From Candidatus Sumerlaeia bacterium (lineage in GTDB: Bacteria > Sumerlaeota > Sumerlaeia > SLMS01 > JAHLLQ01): DNA of 64,000 nt. The notes below the pieces were generated by a model. It was not told the DNA's origin. It saw nothing but the letters and a program-made list of their open reading frames with translations, and did no database searches. Below are positions 38,092 through 47,399 of the stretch, piece by piece (the first letter of the stretch is position 1; each line of letters opens with the position of its first letter). The DNA lies in assembly GCA_028284075.1 (NCBI GenBank), contig JANQSL010000171.1:26378-90377 (forward strand). The letters are read 5' to 3'. The translations under genes were made by a program, and so were the position numbers.

Positions 38092-38946
38092 ATGACATCC
38101 ATGGCGATTCAAAGCCCTGTTATTAGTCGTCTTCGTGCCGATGTTCGCTCCGGTCGGAATCCCCGTGCGTGGATCCCACTGAGCCAGGAGCTGCGCCGAA
38201 ACAACCTCCATCTTGAGGCTCTGACAGTTTGCCGGGACGGACTGGCGGCCGACTCGGCGTCCGTTGCCGGAGTAACGGAAATGGTTCGTGTTCTGGCGGA
38301 TCTGGGGCGCTATGGGGACGCACTTGGGGAAATTGAGCGAATTGAGCGGCGTCAGCTCGGTTCGGCTGCGCGTGCTCACGGTCTTCTGAGACAGAAGCTT
38401 TGGTGCCAGATTCGGCTGCTTCGTGCTGAGGAGGCGGCAGAGTCTCTGAGCGATCTCGAGAAGGTGAATCCCTTCGATCCTTCGCTCAACACCCTTCGGA
38501 CGGAGGTGCGTCGTTTAGCCGGTCTTCGCCCGCCGAAGGCGGCTCGTTCCCCGGACGATTCGGGCGGAATGGTGTCATCGGAATTTGTCAAGGTCCTGCG
38601 TTCACAGGTTCAGCCCCATGGAAAAGTCCTTGCCGTTGCCTTGGTTGACCGGGAAAATAAGCAGTCTGTTGTCGAAGGTGACGAAGATATCGCCGATGTC
38701 GCGGCGCGGCTTGAGTATGAAGTGGCCGAAGCATGTAGTGATCTGGGGCATGGAACGCCAGCCTACCAGCTCATAGAGATGACCGAGATTCTCGTTGTTT
38801 TGGTGCGAAAAGGTGAGAAAACCCTCGTCCTTGCGACCGATCCAGGCATTAATTTTGGGCGTTTGCACCACACTGTTGCTCGAATGACACAGCAGTATCT
38901 GTCGGCCGGAGCCAATGACCCCGGCACTGAAACGGCGGAGGAGTGA
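38092..38946 (+). CDS. TPR plus C-terminal roadblock/LC7-like domain protein
   Basis: LSQELRR...EALTVCRDGL, LADLGRYGDA TPR helices; tail VLAVALVD...YQLIEM...LVL...NFGRL has the roadblock pattern. Confidence 0.7.
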   Translation: MTSMAIQSPVISRLRADVRSGRNPRAWIPLSQELRRNNLHLEALTVCRDGLAADSASVAGVTEMVRVLADLGRYGDALGEIERIERRQLGSAARAHGLLRQKLWCQIRLLRAEEAAESLSDLEKVNPFDPSLNTLRTEVRRLAGLRPPKAARSPDDSGGMVSSEFVKVLRSQVQPHGKVLAVALVDRENKQSVVEGDEDIADVAARLEYEVAEACSDLGHGTPAYQLIEMTEILVVLVRKGEKTLVLATDPGINFGRLHHTVARMTQQYLSAGANDPGTETAEE

Positions 38947-38982
38947 AGTGAACCGATATTGGAACTTGAAAAGGATTAACGG

Positions 38983-39876
38983 ATGATCCCCGTTTCCAGA
39001 TTCGCGGTGCTCCTGATCGTCTGCTCACTCGCCATCATTGGAATTCCCATGGCGCTGGGCGGAGCGTCTCCCTTTGAGGAGCCCAATACGGTATGGCCGA
39101 TCGTGATTGCGGCCGAGTTTATTGTCTATTTTTTGTTCACGTTTTTTTCCAGTCCCCGCATGACGCTCGGGTCCATTGGGCTCATGTCTGTTGCCATGAT
39201 TGTGACACGCTGTGTGGCAAGCTTTCTTGCCGGCCTGCTTCACTCTCTTTTGCTGCATGATGTGGCGACTCCCGATGCTTTCGGTCTCTGGGTTGGCAAC
39301 CCTGTCTCCATTCTGGTTCAAATGGTGGCGCTGATGGTGACGGTTCCTCATATTCTGGAGACCTTCATGCCGAACGTTTTGGGCCGTGGGAATGCCGGAC
39401 CTCAGGAGCGCCGTGGCGATGTCGAATCTTCTCCAGCGGGCGGGTTCGTTCAGGCTTTTTCTTTTGACGATCTCTCGGGTGTGATCCGAAAGACGCCAGG
39501 TCTTGAAGGGTTCCTGATCTTCAGCCAGGAAGGTCTTGTGGTTTGGAAGGACCTTCCGCTCCGCCTTGAAACCGATGAGGTCACAGCGCGTTTGATGCAG
39601 ACAACTTCAAATATCGGCCAGGTGTCAGAGGGCGGAGGGCTTGCACGGCTTCGACGCGTATTCGTACAGACCCGTGAACACTTGCTTTGCATCGTGGAGC
39701 TTAATGCGAACTTCGGAATGATTCTGGTTTACAACGGCCGGACCAAGCTGGCCGAGTGTGAACCGAGAGTGGACATTTTGGGAAAGACCGCTCGAGAGTT
39801 CCTTCAGTGGAAGTACCCCGGCTTGTCGATGAGTACGACGTCGATGAGTCGTGCCGCGGTCCCGGTCGGACTGTAA
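38983..39876 (+). CDS. Membrane protein (about 4 TM) fused to a roadblock/LC7 domain
   Basis: Hydrophobic N-half; KTPGLEGFLIFSQEGLVV...RRVFVQTRE roadblock motif. Confidence 0.75.
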   Translation: MIPVSRFAVLLIVCSLAIIGIPMALGGASPFEEPNTVWPIVIAAEFIVYFLFTFFSSPRMTLGSIGLMSVAMIVTRCVASFLAGLLHSLLLHDVATPDAFGLWVGNPVSILVQMVALMVTVPHILETFMPNVLGRGNAGPQERRGDVESSPAGGFVQAFSFDDLSGVIRKTPGLEGFLIFSQEGLVVWKDLPLRLETDEVTARLMQTTSNIGQVSEGGGLARLRRVFVQTREHLLCIVELNANFGMILVYNGRTKLAECEPRVDILGKTAREFLQWKYPGLSMSTTSMSRAAVPVGL

Positions 39877-39916
39877 TTCAAATACCGAAACCGAAAGTCA
39901 TTCGGAGAAGTGCCAT

Positions 39917-40267
39917 ATGGAACGAACACTTGCGGAGTTGAACAAGACACCCGGAGTCATCGGCTCGTTCGTTGTCGCGGCTGACGGTATTATTGTCGCT
40001 TCCGACTTCACCACGGAGCTTAACGACGAGATGATGGGGGCACTGACGAGCTCCATTATCAACTCCACGGAGAAGGCGACCCGCAAGATGGAACAGGGCG
40101 AACTGGTATCTTTCATCGTTGAAACAGACCGGAACAAGCTCTTCTTCAATACGACCCGCTCCGGCTTTCTCGTGTGTGTGGGTTCGCCGGATGCAAATCT
40201 GGGCTTAATACGAGTGGAAATGCGCGCCGCGTCAGAACGACTTAACAACGTCGGCATAGGAGTCTGA
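39917..40267 (+). CDS. Stand-alone roadblock/LC7 protein (MglB/MglC-like)
   Basis: [25 protein letters not shown]...[10 protein letters not shown]. Confidence 0.88.
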   Translation: MERTLAELNKTPGVIGSFVVAADGIIVASDFTTELNDEMMGALTSSIINSTEKATRKMEQGELVSFIVETDRNKLFFNTTRSGFLVCVGSPDANLGLIRVEMRAASERLNNVGIGV

Positions 40268-40316
40268 CCGGCAAACTTTCCCGGCAGGACGTTCCACCAA
40301 GGATCACGGACTTCTC

Positions 40317-41489
40317 ATGGCCACACTGAATTACGCATTCAAGGAAATCTCCTGCAAGATCGTCTACTACGGTTGCGGTCTTTGTGGCAAGACGACGAAC
40401 TTGATTCACGTTCACAAGACGGTCCCGGGCAAGTTTCGCGGCGAACTCGTATCGCTGGCGACGGAGCAGGATCGTACTCTGTTCTTCGATTTCCTTCCGC
40501 TCGATTTGGGCGAAGTGAAGGGTTTCAAGACCAAGTTCCAGCTCTATACCGTTCCTGGTCAGGTCTACTACAATGCAACAAGAAAGCTGGTGCTCCGCGG
40601 TGTGGACGGCCTTGTCTTTGTCGTCGACAGTCAGAAGGACCGCCTTCAGGAAAACCTCGAATCATTTGAGAACCTGAGACAAAACCTTGCCGAATACGGG
40701 TATAAGCTTCAGGAATCAAAAGATGATGATGAAGGAATTCCGTGGGTGTTGCAGCTCAACAAGCGCGACATGCCGCAGATCAGTACTGATGCGGAGGTGA
40801 TCGAAGCCCTCAAGCTTCCGGGCGGAGCCAACGTCGTGGAAGCAGTGGCGGTTAACGGCACCGGAGTGAAGGAAACCCTCAAGTCCATCAGCTCTCTGGT
40901 TATTCAGAAGCTCAACAAAGGTGGCGGTGCTCTCGCCGGAACGGGTCGGCCTTCCAGCGACTCCTCCGCACCCAAGGCAGCGGCTCCTGGTCCGGTTGCT
41001 GCCGCTCCCGCAGCCGCTCCACCGGCAGCGCAGCCGACGCCCGCACCCGCAGCGCAGCCGGCCCGGCCTGCAGCAGTGGCGGCAGCGCCCGCACCGGCAG
41101 CGGCGCCTCCACCGGCCGCGGCTGCTCCGGCGGCAATCGAAGTGACACAGAAGTGTGGCGCTGTTTGGCGGGGGATGAAAACGGGCGGCGGAGAGCTTAA
41201 GCTTATTCAGATAGGAATGACGGACGAGTACCAGTTGACGGGGGTTCTTTCCTTCGTCGGCGTTTCAAAGAGGTCGTTCAGCAAAAAGCTTGTGCGACGT
41301 GGTTTGGATGCTCGTACGTACGAGGGGCAGGAAGTCGAGTTCCTTGTGTTTGAGTCGGCGGGGGATCAGGATGGTCCGCCTCTGAGCGTGTTGGTGCAGA
41401 ACGGTGAAGGAAACGCGATGTACTTCTCCTACAGCAGTTTCTGGGGAGAGGTTTCAGTGCTGCCGGAAGGCAGGAAGGTGATGCCCTGA
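40317..41489 (+). CDS. mglA: MglA small GTPase with Pro/Ala linker and extra C-terminal beta domain
   Basis: [45 protein letters not shown]. Confidence 0.93.
   Translation: MATLNYAFKEISCKIVYYGCGLCGKTTNLIHVHKTVPGKFRGELVSLATEQDRTLFFDFLPLDLGEVKGFKTKFQLYTVPGQVYYNATRKLVLRGVDGLVFVVDSQKDRLQENLESFENLRQNLAEYGYKLQESKDDDEGIPWVLQLNKRDMPQISTDAEVIEALKLPGGANVVEAVAVNGTGVKETLKSISSLVIQKLNKGGGALAGTGRPSSDSSAPKAAAPGPVAAAPAAAPPAAQPTPAPAAQPARPAAVAAAPAPAAAPPPAAAAPAAIEVTQKCGAVWRGMKTGGGELKLIQIGMTDEYQLTGVLSFVGVSKRSFSKKLVRRGLDARTYEGQEVEFLVFESAGDQDGPPLSVLVQNGEGNAMYFSYSSFWGEVSVLPEGRKVMP
40921..41135 (+). repeat. Low-complexity Pro/Ala-rich coding linker in mglA
   Basis: [55 protein letters not shown]; GCA/GCG/CCG-rich DNA. 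Confidence 0.8.
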
Positions 41490-41548
41490 CCAATCCCCTC
41501 AACTCCTGGAAATCACGCGGCGGGTTGCAAGAAGAAAGGATCCATCAG

Positions 41549-42031
41549 ATGGCAAAAGCTCCTCTGATCCTGACGAAGACCGAGATTACGCAAATCCACA
41601 GGACCTTGCTTCAGATGCTGAAGCAATCGGAGGCGAAGTGCGCCATCCTTGTGGATGCGGATGGCAAGTGTCTCGCCAAGAAGGGCTTTACCCAGAACAT
41701 CGACACAGATGCTCTGGCGGCTCTCATAGCCGGTTCTTTTGCTTCGACTCGCGCGATGGCCGCACTGGTGGGTGAATCGGATTTCTCCGTTCTGTTCCAT
41801 CAGGGCGAGAAGGACCACATTCATAATGTTCTCGTCGATAATGACACGATCCTGACTGTGATTTTCGATGATCGCACGACTATTGGCATGGTCCGCCTTT
41901 ATTCGAAGGAAGGCACCAAGGCACTTCGTGACGTGCTTGACAAGGCGCGCAACAAGCGAATGCCCGTCGGGAAGAAGATCGACATTGAACAGGACGTCGA
42001 GCAGCGTCTGGACGATCTGTTCAGTTCCTGA
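41549..42031 (+). CDS. mglB: MglB GTPase-activating roadblock protein
   Basis: LVDADG, ALAALIAGSFAST..MA.LVGE..FSVLFHQGE, IFDDRTTIGMVRL, C-terminal DDLFS helix as in myxobacterial MglB. Confidence 0.9.
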   Translation: MAKAPLILTKTEITQIHRTLLQMLKQSEAKCAILVDADGKCLAKKGFTQNIDTDALAALIAGSFASTRAMAALVGESDFSVLFHQGEKDHIHNVLVDNDTILTVIFDDRTTIGMVRLYSKEGTKALRDVLDKARNKRMPVGKKIDIEQDVEQRLDDLFSS

Positions 42032-42068
42032 CCTGCAGCGCTGACACACCTTCCCGGGACGATACTCC

Positions 42069-43367
42069 ATGCAAGGCAATCTGCAGCAGGTTCCCCTGCC
42101 CGAAGTCCTGCAATTCATCAGCATGGGGAAATCCACAGGTATCCTGCAGCTTCGCAGGGGCGGCCTTGAAATCTCCCTCTCCATCCATAACGGGAAAATC
42201 ATCAATTCGTCCGCTCTGGAGCGTCGGCGGCGTCTGGGCGATCTGCTGGTCAATCGCGGCCTGTTGAAGCGGAGCGAGCTTTCCCGTCTGCTTAATCTTC
42301 AGAAGACTGTGGAATCGGACAAGCGCCTTGGCGAGATCCTGATCGAGCGCGAGATTGTCGATGCGGAAACGATTCGCGAGACGCTTCGTCTGCAGTTGGA
42401 AGAGGAAATCTGGAACCTGTTTGCCTGGGATGAGGGCGACTTTCGTTTTGAAGCCGTGCCAGCCTCGCAGCTTGGCGCTCCCATTGTACAGATTGATATC
42501 GAACCCATGATCCTGGAAGGCACTCGGCGCAACGACGAGTGGACCAAGATTGAACAGTATGTGCCAAGTGACCGTGTGGTTCTGGAAACGACCCTTGGTG
42601 AGCAGCCGGATTCCTTTGAACGCGACATCGATCTCAAGCCACACGAATGGGAAGTGCTTTCTCAGATCAACGGACGGTTTACGGTGCAGGCGGTTGTCAC
42701 TCGTTCAAACATGGGGCGATTCGAAGTTTACTCCATCCTGACGCAGTTCATCAAGTCAGGTCTGGTTACCATGCGGGAGGCGGATCCCATGTCGCTTCCT
42801 CCGCTTGAAAACGGCCGACACGTGTCTCAGGACGGTTTTGCGAACGACGAGGACAAACAAGGGAAGGGAAGCGGGCTTCTCGGAGTGCTGGGACGGAAGC
42901 AAAAGGATCGCACCGAAAGCAGCGCGGTTTTTCTTTCACCGATTGGCGCACTGGCCGCGTACCACAACCAGCTTGTCCAACGTGTTTGCGCTCTCAAGGA
43001 ATACAAGGCGGAATCCGAGGATGAAGTGGTTGTATCCAAGCTCTGGACGGGTCTTGTTCAGGTTTTCTCGCGCGCCGACCTTATTCGTGTGAGCGGAAAC
43101 AGGATTGATGTTACTCTTGTGGAGCGCTTTTTCGAGCTTTGCGGTTACGAAGAGCTGATCGATGAGTGTTACGAAGATGTTCTTGAGGCTTTAACGAGTG
43201 TTCTAAGACTGGTTTATGTACATTTTTGCCGGAGAGCGGGGGAGAAGCCCGTTGCGCGCGTCGCACGGGAGTTGCTGGATGAAATGTCACCTCGTTTTTC
43301 GGTGAAGTATCGTGAGCCGTTTCCTTTTGCGGAGCGGATTCAGAATGTGTTGAGAATCGCGGGATAG
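42069..43367 (+). CDS. DUF4388 (PATAN-like) protein with tandem MshEN-like motifs and a winged-helix-like region
   Basis: MQGNLQQVPLPEVLQFI...TGILQL; RLGDLLVNRGLL...LNLQ and RLGEILIEREIV...LRLQ; LFAWDEGDFRF. Confidence 0.85.
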   Translation: MQGNLQQVPLPEVLQFISMGKSTGILQLRRGGLEISLSIHNGKIINSSALERRRRLGDLLVNRGLLKRSELSRLLNLQKTVESDKRLGEILIEREIVDAETIRETLRLQLEEEIWNLFAWDEGDFRFEAVPASQLGAPIVQIDIEPMILEGTRRNDEWTKIEQYVPSDRVVLETTLGEQPDSFERDIDLKPHEWEVLSQINGRFTVQAVVTRSNMGRFEVYSILTQFIKSGLVTMREADPMSLPPLENGRHVSQDGFANDEDKQGKGSGLLGVLGRKQKDRTESSAVFLSPIGALAAYHNQLVQRVCALKEYKAESEDEVVVSKLWTGLVQVFSRADLIRVSGNRIDVTLVERFFELCGYEELIDECYEDVLEALTSVLRLVYVHFCRRAGEKPVARVARELLDEMSPRFSVKYREPFPFAERIQNVLRIAG

Positions 43368-43389
43368 GTCCCGAACCAGGAGCCGTAAC

Positions 43390-44613
43390 ATGCCCGGAGA
43401 ACGGGTCATCGTTATCGACAACTCAGCCACTGTCCAGGAGCTGTGCAAGGCGATCCTGGAAGACCATGGCTATCGCGTTTCCGTTGCCGGCAACGGTCTT
43501 GCCGCACTGACGCACCCCGAGATCGAGTCGTTCGACCTGATTATGGTGGATAGTTCACTCGAGGGTATCTCAGGTCTGGAAACGACACGTCAGGTCAAAA
43601 CCGATCGGGACACATATAAGATTCCGGTTCTTCTCATGATCCCGGAAGACAGCGTGGATCTGCTGGAGAATGTCCCTCTCAAGGGTGCCACCGGCTGGAT
43701 CTCAAAGCCGTTTTCGCCTCCGAAGGTCGTCGCCAAGGTGCGGGAAGTCCTGGAAGAACAGCGCATTCGTGCGATGTCGGAGGAGTATCTTCGTGAAGCC
43801 GCCGAGAGTCACATGCAGTCTCTCGCCGAGCAGAAGATACAGCGCGCCGTGGAAAAGAAGATCCAGATCATTGTCGAGCGCGCGATCCAGTCGATTGTGT
43901 CGATCATTGATCAGCGTGCCCGTAAGGAAGTGGAGGCGCGTGTTACTGCTCTGACAGCCGAAAAGGAGCAGGAGCTCGTCAAAATGACCGTGCAGGAAGT
44001 GGCGCGGTCGATGGTGGAGAAGCTCGCCGACCGGAAAGTTTCGGAAGCGTTAAATGCAACGCTCGTTGAAACAACGGAGAAAACCGTCAAGCGTGCAGCC
44101 GACGGGATGTTGCCTAGTCTCGTTCGCGATCGCATCAAAGAGCAGATTGAGAATATGCTCCCGCGGGAAGTCGAAACACGGGTCAACAAGGCTTCTGAAG
44201 AGCGCGCGGCAGAGGTTGGCGAGCAGCTTGTTTCGATCATTCAGCAGCAGTCACAAAAGCTGGTTCCCGTGATTGCCCGCGAGAGCCTTCCGGAGCTTGC
44301 CGAGCGGCAGATGATGCAGGTTGCGGTAAACAAACTTCCGAAGTTGATTTCCGGGTCCGCCCACACGGAAATGACCACGGAGATGAATCAGACGGTTCGC
44401 CCTTTTGTAGACGCTGAAATGGCGCGCCTTCGAAAACGAGCGAACAATGTGATTATTGTCTGTTCCCTCTTTTCGCTCCTGATAGCAGTCGTGCTCTTTA
44501 TCGTCGCACTCGTGGTTCTTTTCGGCGCGGATCAGAAGGTCCGGTCCGGTGGTTCCGAGGAAGCGGCTTACCTGCCTCAGCCGGCACCCATTGTCCTTTC
44601 CATGGCGGAATGA
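43390..44613 (+). CDS. Receiver domain, long helical region and C-terminal TM anchor
   Basis: VIVIDNS, DLIMVD, ISGLE, WISKPF receiver; E/K/R-rich helical repeats; VIIVCSLFSLLIAVVLFIVALVVLFG TM. Confidence 0.85.
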   Translation: MPGERVIVIDNSATVQELCKAILEDHGYRVSVAGNGLAALTHPEIESFDLIMVDSSLEGISGLETTRQVKTDRDTYKIPVLLMIPEDSVDLLENVPLKGATGWISKPFSPPKVVAKVREVLEEQRIRAMSEEYLREAAESHMQSLAEQKIQRAVEKKIQIIVERAIQSIVSIIDQRARKEVEARVTALTAEKEQELVKMTVQEVARSMVEKLADRKVSEALNATLVETTEKTVKRAADGMLPSLVRDRIKEQIENMLPREVETRVNKASEERAAEVGEQLVSIIQQQSQKLVPVIARESLPELAERQMMQVAVNKLPKLISGSAHTEMTTEMNQTVRPFVDAEMARLRKRANNVIIVCSLFSLLIAVVLFIVALVVLFGADQKVRSGGSEEAAYLPQPAPIVLSMAE

Positions 44614-44820
44614 CGGGTCTGATCGTACCTTCCATGCGATCAACGTACGGATAACAGTTCCAAAGCGTACGGCCCCAGTCGCTGATACTCCGGTCTTTCC
44701 TTTCAAAGTACTGAAAACGCCGGGTTTGCCGCAAGCAAGCCGGACGGCACGTTCTTCTCTCCTCTGATTCGCGACTCGGACAGGGTTCGAGTACTCACAA
44801 TCAGTTCAGGAGTTTATACA

Positions 44821-45651
44821 ATGACCCGTAAATCACTCACTTCCCTTCTTTCAATCGCAGCGGCACTCAGCCTGGGGGCAGCCACCGTTTTTGCCGGACC
44901 ACTTCTTGGAAAGGGTGGCGGCAAGGGCGAGTCTCTCGCATCCACCGGCGATCCCGCCGGAGAATTCTCTCCTCCGTCTCGTCGTGGCCAGGGTGGTTTT
45001 GGCGGACGCGGCGGCGGTCACCATGGACCCGCCGGAATGCTCGGCCAGCTCCGGGATCAGGGCCGCTTCTGGGACAAGCCGGAACTGGCAGAAGCCATTG
45101 AGTTGACGGAGGACCAGATAGAGGCACTGGAGGCGAGCTACACCGAGGCGCAGCTTTCTTTCGAAGCCATTGAGGGCTCTGTTCGCGACGGCTATAAAAC
45201 TCTGCGTGAGACAATCGAGACGGATGAGCCGGATATTGTGGAGGTGAACGAGGCCATCGACGCGGCAACCGATGCGCAAAACGAGGCCATGAAGATTCTG
45301 CTCGGACACCGTGTCGTGGTGAAGAATGTCCTGACAGCGGACCAGGAGGAGGCACTTCGGGAGTATCGCCGGGACAACTTCCGTGAGCGTTTTCAGGAGA
45401 TTCGTGAACGCATGGGCGAGTTCCGCGGTGTTCTTCGAGATCTGCTGGAGGACGGTACCCTGAGCTCTGAGGACTGGGAGCAGATCGATGCGATGCTGGA
45501 GAACGTTGAGCCGGAGCGGGCCGACCGTATTCGCGAGCACATCGAACGAGTTGAGGAGCATGGTATTGGCGCTCCGCCTCCGCCGCGAGGACCTGGAGGA
45601 GAGGGCTCCGGTCCTTCAGAGAAGCCGTCCCGCCGAGCCCGTAAAGGATAG
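44821..45651 (+). CDS. Periplasmic Spy/CpxP/ZraP-like protein
   Basis: AGGAG RBS; signal peptide; Gly-rich segment; two LTxxQ motifs (LTEDQ, LTADQ). Confidence 0.8.
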   Translation: MTRKSLTSLLSIAAALSLGAATVFAGPLLGKGGGKGESLASTGDPAGEFSPPSRRGQGGFGGRGGGHHGPAGMLGQLRDQGRFWDKPELAEAIELTEDQIEALEASYTEAQLSFEAIEGSVRDGYKTLRETIETDEPDIVEVNEAIDAATDAQNEAMKILLGHRVVVKNVLTADQEEALREYRRDNFRERFQEIRERMGEFRGVLRDLLEDGTLSSEDWEQIDAMLENVEPERADRIREHIERVEEHGIGAPPPPRGPGGEGSGPSEKPSRRARKG

Positions 45652-45684
45652 CTTTGTACAGACTCCGTCTTATCCTCCCTCCTC

Positions 45685-45728
45685 AAGCGCCCGGCAGTTC
45701 AGCGTCCACTGCCGGGCGCTTTCCTTTT
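45685..45728 (+). terminator. Intrinsic terminator
   Basis: AAGCGCCCGGCAGT-N9-ACTGCCGGGCGCTT perfect 14-bp stem followed by TCCTTTT. Confidence 0.8.
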
Positions 45729-45798
45729 CATCGAGGAAACCTCTCGCGCACTGCAGAGAGTTCTTCAACTCTCACGCAAACATATCGAGAGTGGACCC

Positions 45799-46764
45799 AT
45801 GGCCAAACGCCGCAAGCCTGCCAATCTCAAGGACGTTCGTACTGTTTCCATTTCCAGCCGTGCGAGCAAAGTCCGCCCCGAACTGATTGCTCGCGTTCCG
45901 TCGCCGGGAGTGTCGGTAGCGGGTTTCCTGGAGACGTTGCCTGAAATTCTAAAGGCCTCAGACTTTATGGCGGTTGTGGAAGCTCTGACGGTGGCGGTTG
46001 AGGGAGGACGTGGCGTTGTATGGATGATGGGCGCACATCCCATCAAGTGCGGTCTGTCTCCACTGATCACGGAGATGATTCGCCGCGGCTGGATTACCAC
46101 GCTTTGTCTCAATGGTGCGGGAGCGATTCACGACTACGAACTCGCCCTTTTCGGTCACACGAGCGAGGATGTCGAGGCGGGGCTCGCCGACGGATCCTTC
46201 GGGATGGTGGCGGAAACCGGAGAAGGTCTCTTCAGGGCAATGAGCGAGGGCATGGACTCGCACATCGGGGCGGGAGAGGCAATCGGGCGTGCGATTTTCT
46301 GTTCGCAAGCGGAGCACAAGGAGCTTTCACTCCTGGCGACGTGCGCGGAGCACGATGTCCCTGTTACCGTCCATATTGCTGTCGGAACGGATATCATCCA
46401 TCAACAACCCGCTGCTGACGGCGCTTTGATGGGTGAGATGTCCATGCGTGACTTCAAGCTGCTGGCCGGTCAAGTTCCGGATCTGGACAACGGCGGAGTG
46501 GTTGTGAACCTCGGTTCTGCGGTTCTGCTTCCCGAGGTGTTCCTGAAAGTCCTGACAGTTGCCCGGAACCTTGGACATTCCGTGGAGAATTTTACCGCTG
46601 TCAATTTCGACATGATTCAACACTATCGAGCCAACACGAACGTCGTGCAGCGTCCCACGCGCACCGGTGGAGGGCGCGGGTATTCAATCACCGGTCACCA
46701 CGAAATCATGATACCGCTGTTGTTTGCCGCGCTTCAGGAACGTTTGGGGTCAGGGAGATCCTAG
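45799..46764 (+). CDS. Conserved hypothetical protein (deoxyhypusine-synthase-like fold)
   Basis: MGAHPIKCGL, NGAGAIHDYE, GSFGM..ET, TVHIAVGTDIIH, GSAVLLPEVFLK, GHHEIM. Confidence 0.7.
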   Translation: MAKRRKPANLKDVRTVSISSRASKVRPELIARVPSPGVSVAGFLETLPEILKASDFMAVVEALTVAVEGGRGVVWMMGAHPIKCGLSPLITEMIRRGWITTLCLNGAGAIHDYELALFGHTSEDVEAGLADGSFGMVAETGEGLFRAMSEGMDSHIGAGEAIGRAIFCSQAEHKELSLLATCAEHDVPVTVHIAVGTDIIHQQPAADGALMGEMSMRDFKLLAGQVPDLDNGGVVVNLGSAVLLPEVFLKVLTVARNLGHSVENFTAVNFDMIQHYRANTNVVQRPTRTGGGRGYSITGHHEIMIPLLFAALQERLGSGRS

Positions 46765-47381
46765 CGGTCGCGGAGCGGCAAGGTCTGGCGGATTCGAGCC
46801 TTTTCCGCCGGCTTTTTGTTGCTGTAGTCCGGCTCGCTTTCGTCCTGTAGATCCTGCACGGTGGCAATTTCCTCGCCGAATGCATCTGTTGCGTCGCCGG
46901 CATCATCCAGAGCGAAGGGCACAGTGCCGTCAGGATTAGTGCGCACGGGACTGGTCCCGTAGAGTTCAGGATCATGCACGACGCGGTCGCTGGAAGGCTC
47001 TGTCTCTTCAGAAATCTGCTGTGGAGCCTCCTCATCCTCCTCGTCGAGAGATTCGTCCAGAGACTCGTTCTCAAGAACCTTCCTCATGGACTCTCGAGCG
47101 ATCTGATCCACATCCGTTTGAGTGGAAAGGCGCAGCATCGTGCGCAACTGACCGAGGACAACAAGTGCATCCTTGTATTTGAGAGTCCGTGCGTTCATTT
47201 CCGTGAACTTCACGACTCCCACGCAGCCGGGGCAGCTCAGTCGTACTTCCGAAAGAAGACTGTTAAACATCCGCACGGTGTCATCATCCACGACCTGTGT
47301 AGGGCTTTGCTCCGTGATGAACTTGATATCCTCATACATCTGCTCGGCAAGGCCGAGGAGAATTGCGTTAATACCCGCCAT
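46761..47381 (-). CDS. Hypothetical protein: helical N-terminus, acidic disordered tail
   Basis: Follows hom closely with a GAGG RBS; convergent overlap with the preceding gene. Confidence 0.7.
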   Translation of the reverse strand: MAGINAILLGLAEQMYEDIKFITEQSPTQVVDDDTVRMFNSLLSEVRLSCPGCVGVVKFTEMNARTLKYKDALVVLGQLRTMLRLSTQTDVDQIARESMRKVLENESLDESLDEEDEEAPQQISEETEPSSDRVVHDPELYGTSPVRTNPDGTVPFALDDAGDATDAFGEEIATVQDLQDESEPDYSNKKPAEKARIRQTLPLRDR

Positions 47382-47399
47382 AGGAAAACCTCTGAAGCC

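Noticed and set aside
43390-44613. Calling this gene romR
   Set aside because: The receiver-plus-helical layout and mgl context are suggestive, but it has a C-terminal TM and lacks the RomR Pro-rich linker and C-terminal signature.
44770-44800. tRNA/tmRNA-like GGGTTCGAGT
   Set aside because: No T-stem pairing or acceptor stem around it.
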